DNA of 64,000 nt from contig OZ024743.1 of the NCBI GenBank assembly GCA_964016885.1, forward strand, positions 352,780,001 to 352,844,000, in the 5' to 3' direction. Numbering within the stretch: the stretch's first letter is position 1; every line of letters starts with the position of its first letter. Below the pieces are notes generated by a model. The model did no database searches, was not told where the DNA came from, and was given only the letters and a program-made list of their open reading frames with translations. This stretch comes from Eledone cirrhosa (taxonomy: Eukaryota). Both the position numbers and the translations under genes were made by a program. This document shows positions 1 to 14,334 of the stretch, in pieces.

Positions 1-79
1 GTTTCAGAAATGTGTGCTAGCTTCCAATGTTGTTTTAAATGAAATGTTTCATTTGTAGCTTTCAAATTTCTAAAGAAAG

Positions 80-192
80 CCTGCCAGGGCCGTGAGGTGG
101 CCAACACGTGAGACACCATTTGCTCATAATACAGATAGTTGGAGAGAGATGGAGGTGATGACAGTAGGAGTTCAGCTCTTCTGTATTCGGAC
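80..192 (-). repeat. Fragment of an unclassified dispersed repeat, inverted homolog of ~14375-14495
   Basis: gccagggccgtgagg...catttgctcataatacag...gttcagctctt aligns by eye with the reverse complement of 14375-14495. Confidence 0.75.
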
Positions 193-1349
193 ACATTTAT
201 CAATTCTATGTTACTGTTGATACATAGTCCCCCATCTCCCAAGCCTGACCCTTTTGTGACTACATTTCTAGTGAAGTGAATTCTTACTGAATGTACTAGA
301 ACAACGTGGAATGAAATAACTTGTTCAACTCTAATATTGTTATGTTAACAATATACACCTGATTTAAAATTTGTTTCTGAGTGTATTTTATTAGAACTAT
401 AAACAAATTTCAACCAGATTATATCTTGATACAAGAACAGAATTGTTATGAATGTCAACATCAGTTACACATCTTGTAATGATTTCATAGAAATATCTAA
501 AACCAGGTTTGTTAATTCAGATGTTTATTGTACCTTTAATTGTAAATTGATCATTGTGAAAATTAGTGTGATATTTTTCAATAATGTCTTGTTATTTTCT
601 ATCTTGCTGTTTCATGTGGTACAGGCCGTTAAAAGTTAATTTCATCAGTTATCAACTACAGACCTTCAAACTTAGAAGGTAGAAAAGCAGCATTATATTA
701 TACAAAACACATAATCTGTCTTTTCACAATGTTACTGAAGCCAGGAATGCTTATGTCTACTGACAAGCAGATCTGAGACATACCTAGTCATAGATAGAAT
801 GCCAAGCTATTATATGTGAGGAAAAGAATCCATAGAAAAAAATGCCAGAAAAAGGCCTATCCAACCCATGCCAGAATGGAAAAGTGGAAATGATGATGAT
901 ATAATTAACAAGAAGAAGAAAGCATTGTTCACATTCTCTGATGAGTGAGACTGGTGCAGTTAATGCTCAGTTTGACTTTTGACAGAGAGCTGTGATAGTG
1001 GGATGGAATAAATGATTGAATAGAGTGTTTTAATGTAGAATCTAGGGTGTAAGGATGATGTGAGGAGAAAAAATAAGTGCTGCATCAAGTACATCTGGAT
1101 TGTGGTGGTAGTGTTGGTGATTGTACACAATTTGCAGTTTCTGAGTAACAGAGGCCACTGTAGATGAGAAAGAAAAATATGTTCCTTTAGGATGCAATGT
1201 CTCACAAAGCAGGTTGAGCTAATATTCTTCATAGTAACAAGAAGTATAACTGACTGTGAAGTATTTACTCAGATATTTCATGTATGTTTTATAGAACTTT
1301 CCCCACTCACCTTGTATGTGAGTGTGTGTAATGCCAACATTTCTGTGGT

Positions 1350-1540
1350 TATTTGACTTGCTGGAAATAATATACAAATCTTCCTCAAATCACACCCTAC
1401 TGTCTTAATAAAAGGAGTCATTGGATAATGTAATCCTATATACACTAAATCAGTTGTTTTTTTTAATAGGAAAAACTGAAGCATATTTGATCACATATCT
1501 ACTCTATCAGTTCTGATCTGGACTATATAACAATAACAAT
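1350..1540 (+). repeat. Old high-copy repeat family C (representative copy), (AAC)n-like end
   Basis: Motifs ctcaaatcacaccctactgtctta...ttggataatgta and gaatgcctttgatca...ctggggctaaacaac recur near 1780-1925, 5750-5860, 6765-6950 (-), 7250-7385, 8540-10420 (split by RTE), 10440-10650, 13140-13325, 30960-31165, 44640-44765 and 47500-47860. Confidence 0.65.
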
Positions 1541-2793
1541 CAACAGACATTTTGAAATAGTATAGACATGTAGTCTGAATGAGAATGGAAGGTATTTTGA
1601 AAATAATCCAGAATTTGGAAGGATTTAGCTATATAACTTACTCATCATTAAACTGGTGTTTGGAGAATAACTTAACAAAAGTCCTTACATAAAATTATGA
1701 TCAAAAACATTTTAAATAAATAAGAAATACTTTAAAATAAACAGCTTTGTATCATATATCCAAGGAGTTTGCTATCAAAAGTGTCCAATTATATCACATA
1801 TTGAAAAAGAAAAGATATGTTCATGGAAACATTACACCAGAAACAAAGATAAGATAATGACAGCTTCAATGCCTTTGATCACCGGTCTGCTCAATCAAAG
1901 CTAACCCTGGGCTAAACAACTGCAAGATGACAATAGAGATAAAAAGAACAAACTGATTAACATCATGATGAGATTTTGTATGTGAGTGGTGTTATTATAT
2001 ATAGGATATATTATATAATATATAGAAGTTCATAATAAAGAAAACCCATTTCAAGCAGTGCTCTTTATTTAGGAGAGAAGGTGAGGAATGAGTATATATA
2101 TGTGTGCACACATGTATAAGAAGGTGAGTTTAAGTGTGTGGTAGGAAGAAATTTGATAGAATAATATAAAGACATTTATTGGAATAACATTTTCAAATAA
2201 AGCACCAGAATGTAAATCACAAAACAACTCCGGCATTTAAAAAACATTCCACTGAAGCTCTAGATAAATGCTATGTTAATGAAAAATGTATGTACATACA
2301 TACCAGAAAGTCAGTATGTGATTAGTGGAAGAAGAATGTGAATATGTCCTTGGCAATAGAATTAACTCTTTTACTACCAAACCACCTGAAACTGCCTTGG
2401 ATTTATTTTAGAATTCTTTGTTAAGTAATATTCTAAATATCAGCTTACTAATGAAAAGGTTAGTTATTTCATAAATTTCCTGCAAATTTTTAGTTTTCAA
2501 AATTAACTGAATCACAGACAGTATCTTTCATTAGAATTATAGTAATGAAAAAGTCTCTATAAAGACAGAAATAGCACTGAAACAACACTCACCATATAAA
2601 TCATAGTTGTTAAACAATATTAGCCAATATGAGGGCAGGAGGAAGGATTGAAGGAGGATGGGTTATTTATAAGTAAAATTCAAAGAAATAGATACACAAG
2701 GAGCTGTAATAGTGATAGAGGATGGATGCACAGCTAATAATGCATATAGAGGGAGTATATTTGATAAAGTATGGACAGAATACCACAAGTAAT

Positions 2794-2982
2794 AATTGTT
2801 TCTACTTTTGGCACAAGGCCAACAATTATCCCAGTGTATTACTGGTACTTTATTTTATTGACCCCGTAGGATGAAAGGCAAAGTTAACCTCGGCGGGATT
2901 TGAACTCAGACCCTAAAGGGCCGTAACTCTTTGCTGCAAAGCATGGCGTCCGACCCTCTACCGATACTGCCAATCCACCCCC
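2794..2982 (-). mobile_element. tRNA-derived SINE family 1
   Basis: Minus strand gives a head with a B-box-like gagttcaaatcc, central gcctttcatcctacggggtc...aagtaccag and a tail gtagaaacaattattatt. Flanked by the (ta)ccacaagtaataat duplication. Confidence 0.9.
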
Positions 2983-3000
2983 TTTATTACCACAAGTAAT

Positions 3001-3184
3001 AATTGTTTCTACTTTAGGCACAAGGCCAGCAATTACCCAGTTCATTACTGGTACTTTATTTTATCAACCCCCATAAGGATGAAAGGCAAACTCAACCTCG
3101 GCAGGATTTGAACTCAGATCGTAAAGGGACGTAACTATGCTGGAAAGCATGGCGTCCGACCCTCTACCGATACTGCCAATCCAC
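3001..3184 (-). mobile_element. tRNA-derived SINE family 1, second tandem copy
   Basis: Same structure as 2794-2982; third copy of ccacaagtaataat at 3181-3194. Confidence 0.9.
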
Positions 3185-3871
3185 AAGTAATAATGATGGA
3201 TATACTGTTGACAGGAATGCATTTGATAACTGAAGATGAATAATGAGCCTAGAAAATAGATATATACTGCAACTAACAAGAGACTATAAAAAGAGAAGGA
3301 GAAAAAGGAAGAATACACAAAGCAATTGATAGAGAGATAAACAAAATTAAAGAGCGGCAGGTAGAGAGGACAGAGTGTACAAAGCAACAGATATGGCAGG
3401 AGAGAAGAATGTATTGTAGCTGTTATAGGTACAGAATGAGAAAGAAAAGTCAGGAACAGCTCACTGTCATAAAATGTTATATTAGATTCAATAATAGAAC
3501 CCATCTGAAGGTCATGTGTTCAAAAACTTCTACTGCAATTCAGCTACTCCTGCAGAAGCAAGAGCAAAGCATTGCCAAATGGTTAAGAATTTCACTTATC
3601 CATTTTTGACAAGTGTCTTTTACCATAGTCTTGAGTGAAATTGGATAGATGGAAATTATTTGGAAACCTGTTGACTGAACTGTACCTGCAAATCAAAGGG
3701 CTGACCTTGTCACACACTGTCATGCTGAATCCCCATAAGAATTATGTTATGGGTTCCATTAATCTAACAACTGAAATATTTATTGTTGAAAATCAATGGA
3801 GGTCCATTCCACTGCAGGAGCACAAGCCTCCAGTTTGCACAACTCACCATTGGCTCTTTCTTACCTGATGA

Positions 3872-3990
3872 TTGTTTTTACTTTTGGCACAAGGCCAGCA
3901 ATTATTCCAGTGCATTACTGGTACTTTATTTTATCAACCCCGTAAGGATGAAAGGCAAAGTTAACCTTGGCAGGATTTGAACTCAGACCA
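3872..3990 (-). mobile_element. SINE family 1, 5'-truncated
   Basis: Matches the 3' half of the 2794-2982 copy. Confidence 0.85.
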
Positions 3991-4118
3991 TAACTCTTAC
4001 CTGATAGTAATGACTATAGAATCTATCAGTTATGTTAATGGAGCTTCTAGTTATAGAGTTATTAATATCTAGTTATATATGTGTTACTTGGAAGATGCAT
4101 GATCTGATTGTTATTTAA

Positions 4119-4339
4119 CCTTTTAACATTTAAACCAGCCATATCCAGCCAGAATTCTCTCACCTCTTTCTGTTCAAACTGGCTATGAATGGTCACTCAT
4201 ACTGACATTTAGGTATTATTCTCAAAATAAATAATAACATCATTAAAATCTTGTAGATTCCATATTATGTGAGATAATTATATGAGATAAAGCCTTTACA
4301 ATAAAAATATAATAGTAGAGTAATGTAAATGCTAAAGGG
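4119..4339. mobile_element. TTAA-flanked piggyBac-type MITE, family 1
   Basis: TTAA at 4115-4118 and 4340-4343; TIR CC(C/T)TTTA(G/A)CATTTA...TAAATGCTAAAGGG; shared internal motif ccagaattctctcacctctttctgttcaaac. Confidence 0.85.
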
Positions 4340-5535
4340 TTAACAATGTTTCTAACACATGTTCCTCTCAACATAACATGGTCCACTCTTAGAAGGAGAA
4401 CTCTCTCATCACAGCAGAAAAAGTTGCATGAAAGTAACTAGAAGCGCTTAGAGAGGATGTCTAGAATTTGCCACAAATTGATGGTCAGTCTGATTACAAG
4501 GTGATGGTGTTTTTGTTTCCTTTTTTGTATTTTTTAAAAAGAAATGTTAATACCAACTCATTATTTAGTAAGTTTCATTTGACTTATATGAAGATGCCAC
4601 ACGTGGTTAACACACTGTAAAAACATGTCCCAATAATTTAAGATAAATAATTGGTTAATCAACATTTTTGAATTCAAAGAAAAAAAATCCAATTTATGCC
4701 AGTATGGAAAGAAAATGCATAAACAAACATATTAAACCCAACTTGTGCCATATGAAGAATAGAAATGTGGAGTTTGTTTAGTATGACAGCAAAACAATGT
4801 GTAAGAGGAAATGTTTTTCCAAAAAGATAAAAAGAGAGTGTGGTAGACAAAAGATAGCATTGAAATGCAATCTGGAATGTAAGAAGACACATTCTTCCTG
4901 CCACACTACAAGCACTAGCTCTACTATAGCTACAACAGCCACTGCTCTTATGAATTAACTGCATGTTCTCTCTATCCAGGCACCTAATCCACCCACCTTT
5001 CTTCCTTATCTCATCAAACTCAGAGTATCTTACTTCATAAACATCTCCCCAACCCCACCTTATTCATTCCTTCCCAAGACTGCAGTTCTCTGAAATTCTC
5101 ACTCCATTCACATTTATCCAGCAAGCATTGATTGATAAATTATTCAAGTTGAACATCAGCCACATCAATCTCTGCACTGGCCATAAACACTGTTGCTCCC
5201 ACCTCTTCTGAATAAAAAAAAGTCTAAAGTCTGCCTCAAGCCTGTTGTTTCTCCCAGTTTCCTGGGCCTTAAGCAACGGAGAGTAGAAGACTCGCCCCTG
5301 GATAAGACCGCAGTCCATCGTAGGCTAAAATCTCCAGCTCATATTCAGCTTAGTATACTGGAGCAATGTAAAATTAAGTGTTTTTCTCAAAAACACAACA
5401 CACAACCCAATCCAGGAATCAACCCATGATATTATGATCGTAAGTCCAACACCCTAACCACTAGGTCACATACCTTCACACTCTGCTGAGTAACTTACAC
5501 AGAAAGTTGTTTGTTTTTTTAAAGTCTGGGTATAG

Positions 5536-5751
5536 AGCATTTACATTACTCTATAATTACTATTATATTTTCATGGTAAAGGATTTTCCTCACATAATTA
5601 TCTCACATAATATCGAATCTATGAGATTTTGATATTTATTTTGAAAACAATACCTTAACATCAGTATGAGCAGCCAGTTACGGCCGGTTTGAACAGAAAG
5701 AGGTGAGAGAATTCTGGCCGGATATGGCCGGTTTAAATGATAAATGGTTAA
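5536..5751. mobile_element. TTAA MITE family 1, inverted copy with one eroded end
   Basis: Reverse complement of the 4119/8238 copies; ends taaatgataaatggttaa. Confidence 0.8.
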
Positions 5752-7720
5752 AGAAGGAAGGACACATTGAAAAGTATAGTTTTAGATAATGTCTGAATAA
5801 AACTGACAGGTTGGAATGCCTTTGTTTATAATTCTGTTTGATCAGAGTCTAACAATGGGTTCACTGGTGATATTGCCTGATGAACCAACAATTGGTATAC
5901 TCTTCATATTGTCAAATGAATTAACAATGTGTACACTCAATGAAGGCAAATGCCCATGGGTGGTATTCTCATGATCATAAGGTAATAGGTTTGATTTCTG
6001 AAGTGGTCAACACATTATATACTTGAACAAGACACTTCATTTCAGTGCTCCTGTCCACTCACCTGAAAAAATGAATACCAGCTGTAGTTGATAGGTAATC
6101 TTGCGATAGGTATTCTCTCAGTTGTTTATTGTCACATGAAACTGGGATAACCAGCCACCTTGTGAGAATCTAGGTGCAAGAAAGCCTTCAAATACTCTTT
6201 CTATTGCCCCAGAAATTAACAATGGGTACACTCTTGTAAATTAGCTATTAGCATAAGGAAGGAACATTTTGGAATTGATAATTGTGTATCATGATGCGTT
6301 AATTGTTCATAGGGTCAGTAGTTCAGTGACCACTAGATTATGAACATGACATAACAAAATCTGTGAACAATGGAGACAACTGATATTGCTAGAGGAGGTC
6401 AAATGTGCAAATTACTATATCTATCTATGATGAATGTTTCCAGAATTCTCATGAAACATAGATAATGTCTACAATTTTCAATTAATTTCAAAAACAATCA
6501 ACATTTTGGAGGAATTTAGTAATATAAATAACTTTTTCATTTTTAAGCAATTATTTGGAACATAACAAAAGCTCTTACATAAAATTATGATGGAAGGTTT
6601 AAATTTAAATATGAACACTTTAAAATACATGGTTTGTATCATAGAGCCAAAAGAAATTTCAAATGGCTTGGTATCAAAAGGGTTAAAAATCATAATTGGA
6701 TCTTTAGAAGCTAAAGTGTAACATTGCTTTTCTCAATGTTTACAATTGTTATGATGGGTATGGTTGTTGTTTAGCCCCAGATCAACTTTGATTAAGGCAA
6801 CCTAGGATCAAAAACATTCTAGCCATGGCCATCCTGTCTATCTAGGACTATATTAACTAATGTGTTCTTCCCTGTTGAAGATGATGGAGTTTGATTTGTG
6901 GGAGATTTGGTCATTATTTGTAGCAGGTCAAGCAAGCACATAGAGGTTCAGTCATTAGCTTGAGTTATAGTGGTCGGATGGTGTGGATAATCTATCAACC
7001 CTTTTGATAACAAGCCAGCCCTGGTTCTATGATACACAATTCAAGATAGTGAGTCTGGCTTTTACACATACCACCCTTCTGATTGCATTCCCCCACCCCC
7101 AAGATACTTTTTGTTTTCATACAGACTTTGTCAAGGTCAAAATTATCTCGTGAGTCTTTTCTTATTCATTTTTTTAATATAGTAATTCAGTTCCTATTTC
7201 TAACAAGTTAAATGATTACATAGAAGTCACCTCTGTCTACTTTTACATGGCTGCTTAACCAGCTAGAATTAGCAGTCAAGTCTCCATCAATTCATAGCTA
7301 ACATCCAATTAAATGATGGAAACTTTTTAACTTGGAATGCTAAGATTGACCACAGGTCTACTTCAAGGTTAAACAATAACAACTATGACAATCTCTATCT
7401 TTGAAGAAACAAATTGTTGTTGCTGTTGTGTGCGTGCATAATGGAACTGAAACAGGATTGTCCACTGGATTCACTAAGTTCTTATGTCAGAACAAATGAT
7501 AAATAGTCATAGATTTGTCTATAAATCTATTTATAGACAAATCTATGGCTATTTGTCTATAAATCTATATTACATCAAAATATATCTCTTGTACAACAAG
7601 CATTCACAAATGCATGTCTGTGCATATCGCTGTTTAACAACAGTGCACAAATGAAAACAAGAAGACACCTCAATGATGCAATAATCTGCTTCTTGTTGAT
7701 TCAGCTTTAATATTAATAAT

Positions 7721-7818
7721 AATTGTTTCTACTTTTGGCACAAGGCCAGCAATTACCCAGTGCATTACTGGTACTTTATTTTATCGACCCCGTAAGGATG
7801 AAAGGCAAAGTCAACCTT
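7721..7818 (-). mobile_element. SINE family 1, 3' fragment
   Basis: Same tail and central domain, next to an (AAT)n tract. Confidence 0.85.
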
Positions 7819-8237
7819 ATATATAGAAAAAAACTACAACAATGTTAAGATTATTATAATTCATTGAACATTCTCAATAAACACACATTTCAAAAGATGT
7901 CAAATAAAGTTTATCAATGTAGCTGTCTTTCACTCTACTAGTTCAGCTTTCATAAAGTTGAATGAGAGGCTTCAACCCTGAACTAATTCAATCAAGATTG
8001 AGTTGATACACACTGTTGGTATCCAAGCCATAAGTTTTAAGTTTCAAATCCTCACAAACTCCAAATGGAGTCATTAGGTTATCAAATCTAACAACCAATC
8101 AAGTGAGTGACAGCTATTTCATCCCACACTTGCCCTAGCTCTATCTAAATGTCAACAAGTACTCATCTACCTAGCTTTAATTAACTCTTTAAGTATCATG
8201 ATGCAAAACCTGTCCATTTTAATGTCTCCATATTTAA

Positions 8238-8449
8238 CCCTTTAGCATTTAAACTGGTCTGCCATATCCGGCCAGAATTCTCTCACCTCTTTCTGTTGAA
8301 ACCAACAGTAGCAGGTGACTCATACTTATGTTAATGTATTGTTCGCAAAATAAATAATATCAAAATCTCGTAGATTCAATATTATGTCAGATAGATTGTT
8401 TACTGTGAAAATACAATAGTATATATAGAGTAATGTAAATGCTAAAGGG
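8238..8449. mobile_element. TTAA MITE family 1
   Basis: TTAA|CCCTTTAGCATTTA...TAAATGCTAAAGGG|TTAA (8234-8237 and 8450-8453). Confidence 0.9.
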
Positions 8450-8617
8450 TTAAATTAGAATCGTCCATCAGAATTATATGTAAGCACTTTTTTTTTTATA
8501 AAGCTATGTTCCAAACACCATCTTAATATACTGATAAATGATGGACCTCTATATAGCTGCTCAACTTGCAAAAATACTAGTAAAGTCTTTCTCAAATCAC
8601 GTTTCACCATCTGAAAT

Positions 8618-10319
8618 CATCATCATCATCGTTTAATGTCCATCTTCCACGCTAGCATGGGTTTGGACAGAAATTTTCCCACTTGAGGCAAGATTGGTTG
8701 TCTTGCTCGTATAGGACTGTCTGGCGGGTTTTCTACGGCTGGATGCCCTTCCTAACACCAACCACGTTTACACTGTGGACTGGGAGGTTTTTACCATGTT
8801 ACCTACACGGCCACATTACAGCCTGGACTGTGTGTTTTTTTTTTTGTCGTGACACTTACACGACCTCATTTATTTAGGACTGGATGTTGTGGTACCAACA
8901 TAACTTTACATCGAAAGGGGTGGTGTGGCTGGGGGTGGGGGTAGTGGGACAGGGGTGTATTTTGGTAAGAGGTGACTACTGACTGTAGGTTCCGCTTTGC
9001 ACTTAGGCAAGGCAGGACTTCTGTATTACTGTGTAGCGCCAAAGATCTCGGTCCAGTGACATTGTCTTGGAGAGGTGTAAGTGTGTGAGGTCGGAATTTA
9101 TCAAGTCGTCCCAGGTTTTTCTGGGTCTGCCTACTCCATGGCTACCGTCTATTTTGATCACCCTGCACTTTTTTATACAGCTGTCATCTTTCATGCGCAT
9201 CACGTGACCATACCAACGTAGTCTTCTCTCGAGTAAACAGCATCTGATCCCTCTTATTCCTAATTTCTTACTTAGTTCATTTATGCTTTGCCGTTCACGT
9301 ATATTACTATAACACATCCAACGGAGCATGCAAGCTTCATTCCTCTCCAGTCTGCGTAGATCCTCTGCACTCAATGCCCAAGTCTCACTGCCATGTAACA
9401 TTGTTGTTCGTATGCAGGCATCATACAGCCTGCCTTTCATTTTTAGAGAGAAACCTTTAGCAGCCAATAGTGGTATAAGCTCTCTGAACTTTTTCCATCC
9501 CGTTCTGACTCTAGCTACTGTACTTTCAGAGCACCCTCCACCACTGCTGATTTTGTCACCCAGGTAACGGAAAGTGTCCACTATTTCTATAAAACCATCT
9601 GTGCAATGGAATGAGCTAGTATTCTGTGGGCACTTGCTGCTACTTATTGCACCTGAGCACCGGCCACATATAAAATCTATATTCTTAGTTAGCTTACCTG
9701 TGATCCCACTACATCTTTTATGCACCCAAACTTTGCATTTGGGACATAAAATGGAGTTTCTGCCTACTCCTTTCCTACACACTGAGCATGCCCATTTCCC
9801 AGATGGGACCAGTGCCCTATTTTCCTACCTACATACTAGAACTTTAGTCTTAGACAGGTTAATTTTAAGGCCTTTTGATTCTAGGCCATGCTTCCATGTT
9901 TGGAATTTCTTCTCTAGTTCAGCCATTGATTCAGCTATAAGCGTTAGATCATCAGCATATAGGAATTCCCATGGGCAGCCAGTCTTGAACTCCTCTGTTA
10001 TAGCCTGAAGGGCAATAATAAATAGGAAGGGGCTAAAGACGGAGCCCTGATGAACACCAACTTTTACGCTAAACTCTTCACTATATTCGTTGTTAATTCT
10101 AACCTTGCTGACTGTTTCTTTATACATGGCTTGTATAGCTCTCACAAGCCATTCATCAACACCTAGTTTTCTGAGAGCCCACCAGATAATGGGGCGTGGG
10201 ACTGTCAAAGGCTTTCTCCAAGTCAACAAAAGCTGTGTATAGGGGTTTACTTTTAGCTAGGTACTTCTCCTGTAGTTCTCGTACAATGAAAAGAGCGTCT
10301 GTGGTACTTTTACCTGACA
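8618..10319 (-). mobile_element. 5'-truncated RTE LINE, family A (RT C-terminal half, PHD-like finger, 3'UTR, (GAT)n tail)
   Basis: ORFs 10156-10419, 9825-10229 and 9003-9782 give FVDLEKAFD, GVHQGS, YADD, YLG and RLRWYGHV. Frameshift near 10200 and in-frame TAG at 9825. (CAT)n at 8618; possible GAAAT duplication at both ends. Confidence 0.95.
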
Positions 10320-10870
10320 AGAAATGGATACCTTGGATATTGTAAGCAAATATACCTCTAATATCTATGATTATTGGTCTGTTGTTTAGGGTTGACATAG
10401 GGCTTAACAATGACAACAATCAGTAAATGAATGACAAGCCTACAAGAAAGCTTCTATGCAGTCACTTAACCTGCTAGAAAGAGTCACTAAAACTATGTCT
10501 TACCACTTACACCCTACTGTCTTAAAGGAAGGGCCAATTGGATAATGCAGTACTGAATGCACTGTGCTTCAATAGAATATGGAATAGCCATAGATAGCTT
10601 GAATGCCTTTGATCATGGGTGTGGTCAGTTAGGGCTGAAACAACAGCAAATATACATGTTGTTGACTGAACCCCAGTAGCCCAGTTACTTTTGCTGTTAA
10701 TTTACTACAGTTTCCAAGATGCCTATGAATGCTTAACCTTTTCATTACCATATTTCTAATGAAATACAATATTTCAATTAATTAATGAAGAATTTTGACA
10801 AATTTACTAAAATTATATATATTATCTCATTACTAAGACAGTAACTTAACATATGGTTGTTATATAAAAT

Positions 10871-11006
10871 AATTGTTTCTACTTTAGGCACAAGGCCAGC
10901 AATTACCCAGTGCATTACTGGTACTTTATTTTATCGACCCCGTAAGGATGAAAGGCAAAGTCAACCTCGGCGGGTTTGAACTCAGATCGTAAAGGGACGT
11001 AACTAT
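10871..11006 (-). mobile_element. SINE family 1, 5'-truncated, inside a degenerate TTAA MITE family 2 copy
   Basis: Same central domain and tail; the MITE TIR ttaaccttttcattaccata is at 10734. Confidence 0.85.
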
Positions 11007-12113
11007 TTGGAAGATTTTAATTTAAATAAGAACCCCATAATATGTACGGTTTTGTTTCATAGTACCAGAATCAATTCGAGCCAGGATGGTATCAAAAGAG
11101 TTAATAATACAATGCATGATTCTACAATTGTAATTCTGTCTGTAGACTTGACTCGATGTTCAGTGACCTCAAGACCGGACACATGCCAATAAGTTACATG
11201 AATGAAGCTGACTGACAGGTATGAACAGGACTTAATGCGCAGATCTGGGCCATCAGTGAACTGAAATGGTTCACTAATGTGATACCTATTTCCTCTATGC
11301 ATCTTAATCATTTATACTGCATTCACAACTTGATTATTTATATGTCATCATCATCATCATCATCATCATCGTTTAACGTCTATCTTCCACGCTAGCATGG
11401 TCTCAAGTAAACCACTACTTGAAAAATAAATCAGATTTTTTTTCATTATTATTATTACTATTTGGTGGGTTGGCAGCATCATTCAAAATTTGGTATTTGC
11501 CGCAGGTTCTTTACATTCTGAGTCCAAATCCCATTGAGATCAACTATTCCAAGCTGTAATGGATATGTGTGTGCAAAGGAGTGAAATAACAAAGCTGACT
11601 GACATTTGTACCTTCCTGAAAGGTATAAGAGAAGTGGCAATAAGAAACTAGTGATACCAAATCACACACTAACCATTCACACTATGGAGATTGCTTTCTC
11701 CTATTTACTGTATTCTGACATCATTAGTGAATCATAAGTTCTTTTACTAGGTTCAACACTGAAACCATTTTAATTGCTTCTAACCCAAGCCTAAACACCA
11801 TTCTCCACTCCCCATTTCCTTCATTCCTAGCAGATATAAAACATTAAAAACCATTGGCTGGGGTCATTTTAGATGGGGAGAGACCTACTTTCTGATGAAA
11901 AACTCTATATCAATTTATCTTTTGTTTTAAAATTTATTTAACCTACACAATATACACTAGAAGTTTAAACTGATTATTACACACACACACACACACACAC
12001 ACATACAGTATAAAATTAGCAATGACAACTGGTGATGAAAAGTAGAGAGAGAGGTAACAAAAAGATCTATCAAGTTTAGACACAATAAGAGGTTGATATA
12101 CATATATATATAT

Positions 12114-12538
12114 ATCTTTGGCGCTACACAGTAATACAGAAGATCCGCCTTGCCTAAGTACAAAGCGAAACCTACAGTCAGTAGGCACCTCTTAACCAAA
12201 ATAGACCTCCATCCCACTGCCCCCACCCCATCTACACCACCCCTTTTCGATGTAAAGTTATGTTGATACCACAACATCCAGTCCTAAATAAATGAGGTCG
12301 TGTAGGTGTCACGACAAAAAAACACACAGTCCACGCTGTAATGTGGCCGTGTAGGTAACACGGTAAAAACCTCCCAGTCCACACTGTAAATGTGGTTGGT
12401 GTTAGGAAGGGCATCCAGCCATAGAAAACCCGCCAGACAGTCCTATACGAGCAAGACAACCAATCTTGCCTCAAGTGGGAAAATTCCCGTCCAAACCCAT
12501 GCTAGCGTGGAAGATGGACGTTAAACGTTGATGATGAT
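12114..12538 (+). mobile_element. RTE family A 3'-end fragment
   Basis: Matches the ORF end and 3'UTR of the 8618 and 62937 copies; follows (TA)n and ends ttaaacgttgatgatgat. Confidence 0.9.
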
Positions 12539-12625
12539 ATGTGTGTGTGTGTGTGCACGTGTTTGCATGTATGTGGTGGGAGGAAACATGTATGTGTGTG
12601 TGTGAGTGCATGTTTATATCCACAC

Positions 12626-12667
<42 letters not shown>

Positions 12668-14334
12668 AGAGCAAGTGCACAAAGTGTAATCAAAACAGAA
12701 ACTACTGAGAACATTGAAGAAGAAAAACAAAAAATAAATTACGTAGATTATAAAAGTCAAAGGGTGAAAAAAACTTAAATTAGGGTTATGACACTTGCTA
12801 AAGAATAAATACCAAATATAATAGACAATAGGTGTGGTTGTCTGAAAACTCATAACTTATGTTCACTCACACATATATGTACATTATATAAGTCATTTGC
12901 GGGTCAACTGCCCTTTCTAAATTTTCTGTTATACAATCATGTAATAGGTATCATGCTTAACTACACACCATCCCTCTTTTATATTACTGTTCTATCTATA
13001 TAGCCCATACTTTTCCTTGTGGTTTTATACACTTATACTCTAAAGCAGTGGCCACAGGCAACCTATTTAGGAGCATGGCTTCTCCAAAATAAAGCTACCA
13101 CACTTCAGAGATAAAACTTTCTAGACGAGCTAACAAAGCAACCTCGTGGAAATAGCAGCCAAATCTGGTCTCCAGTCCCACCATACTATCATAAAAATAG
13201 AATATGTTACATAATATAGTCCTAGATACAATGTTTGTTAAAAGATGGAATAGCTGGGGTTAGAATGCTTTTGATCATAGACTATAAACAATTAGGACTG
13301 ACCTGGAGCTAATCAGCAACAACTAAAACACTATTAACAATTAAAACAACATCAACAGCATTAATTACAAAATAGACTTCAGAGAGTAGGAAAATAGGAG
13401 TGGTGGTTTTGAAAGTTTTTGTATGGCTTGGGCAAGGAGGTAAGGGGAAGGCCACTAAGACTGCTATGAGGAAAGAAGTAATATATTCTAAAAATAGAGA
13501 CATGGCCCAAATGCTTTCGGCAGAATGAATTTTGCTATAATGGTACTAAATTGAGAGATAAAATAAATCTGTACATAGGTGATTAGTGGTATAACTGTCA
13601 TAAAATAGTTAAGTTAACAACTGAACCCTTGTCGTGGCCTCAAGATTTCTGAGAAGCTTAGGCAATACTTATTTCCCTACTATTAAGTAAACACACACAC
13701 ACAGTTTTCTATAAGCCATAAAGAAAGCAACTGGTTTAAGAGAGCAGTAACTCTGAATAGAAATGTATAGTGTACAGAGGACTCTTCAACACTGTCACAT
13801 ACAACCTAGTATGATATATTTGTAGAATCTTTTTTATGTGTACTTATGAATGAAGGCATGTAATTTCCTTCACAATAGCACAAACCAATATCATTTGGGG
13901 AAAAGAACTTAGTCCTCAATAAACCACCGATTCTCCCTCTACCAAAATAATTGACAATAGGAAGACTAGTTGACAACAGGATGACTAAAGTCAGAAACTT
14001 TACTCCACTCACTCAACACTCCATGGTGACCAACACCACAAAAAAAACTCATGACATATAGCATTTGAAAGAAGCTGTTGTCCAAACATTATTCAACATT
14101 TGTATTAAAAAGAACAAAATACCCATTAAAACCAGTTTAGTAATGGGTGTTTAGTCAAACTAGAGACCTGGTTCAAATGCTTGCAACAGAGTGGACTCTG
14201 CTAAAGGCACTCAATGACCAGGTAGTGAATACTAATTTTATGTGAAGAAAACTGGTTGAAACAAATTGTGATAAAGAACAAGAGAAAACCAAATATAACC
14301 TTCCTCCCAGAAGATATATGGGCAAATATATATA

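Noticed and set aside
5877-5890. Other CTGATGA heptamers (also near 938, 11892, 34833, 47677 and 49434)
   Set aside because: No stem II plus GAAA and stem I pairing, so these are not hammerheads.
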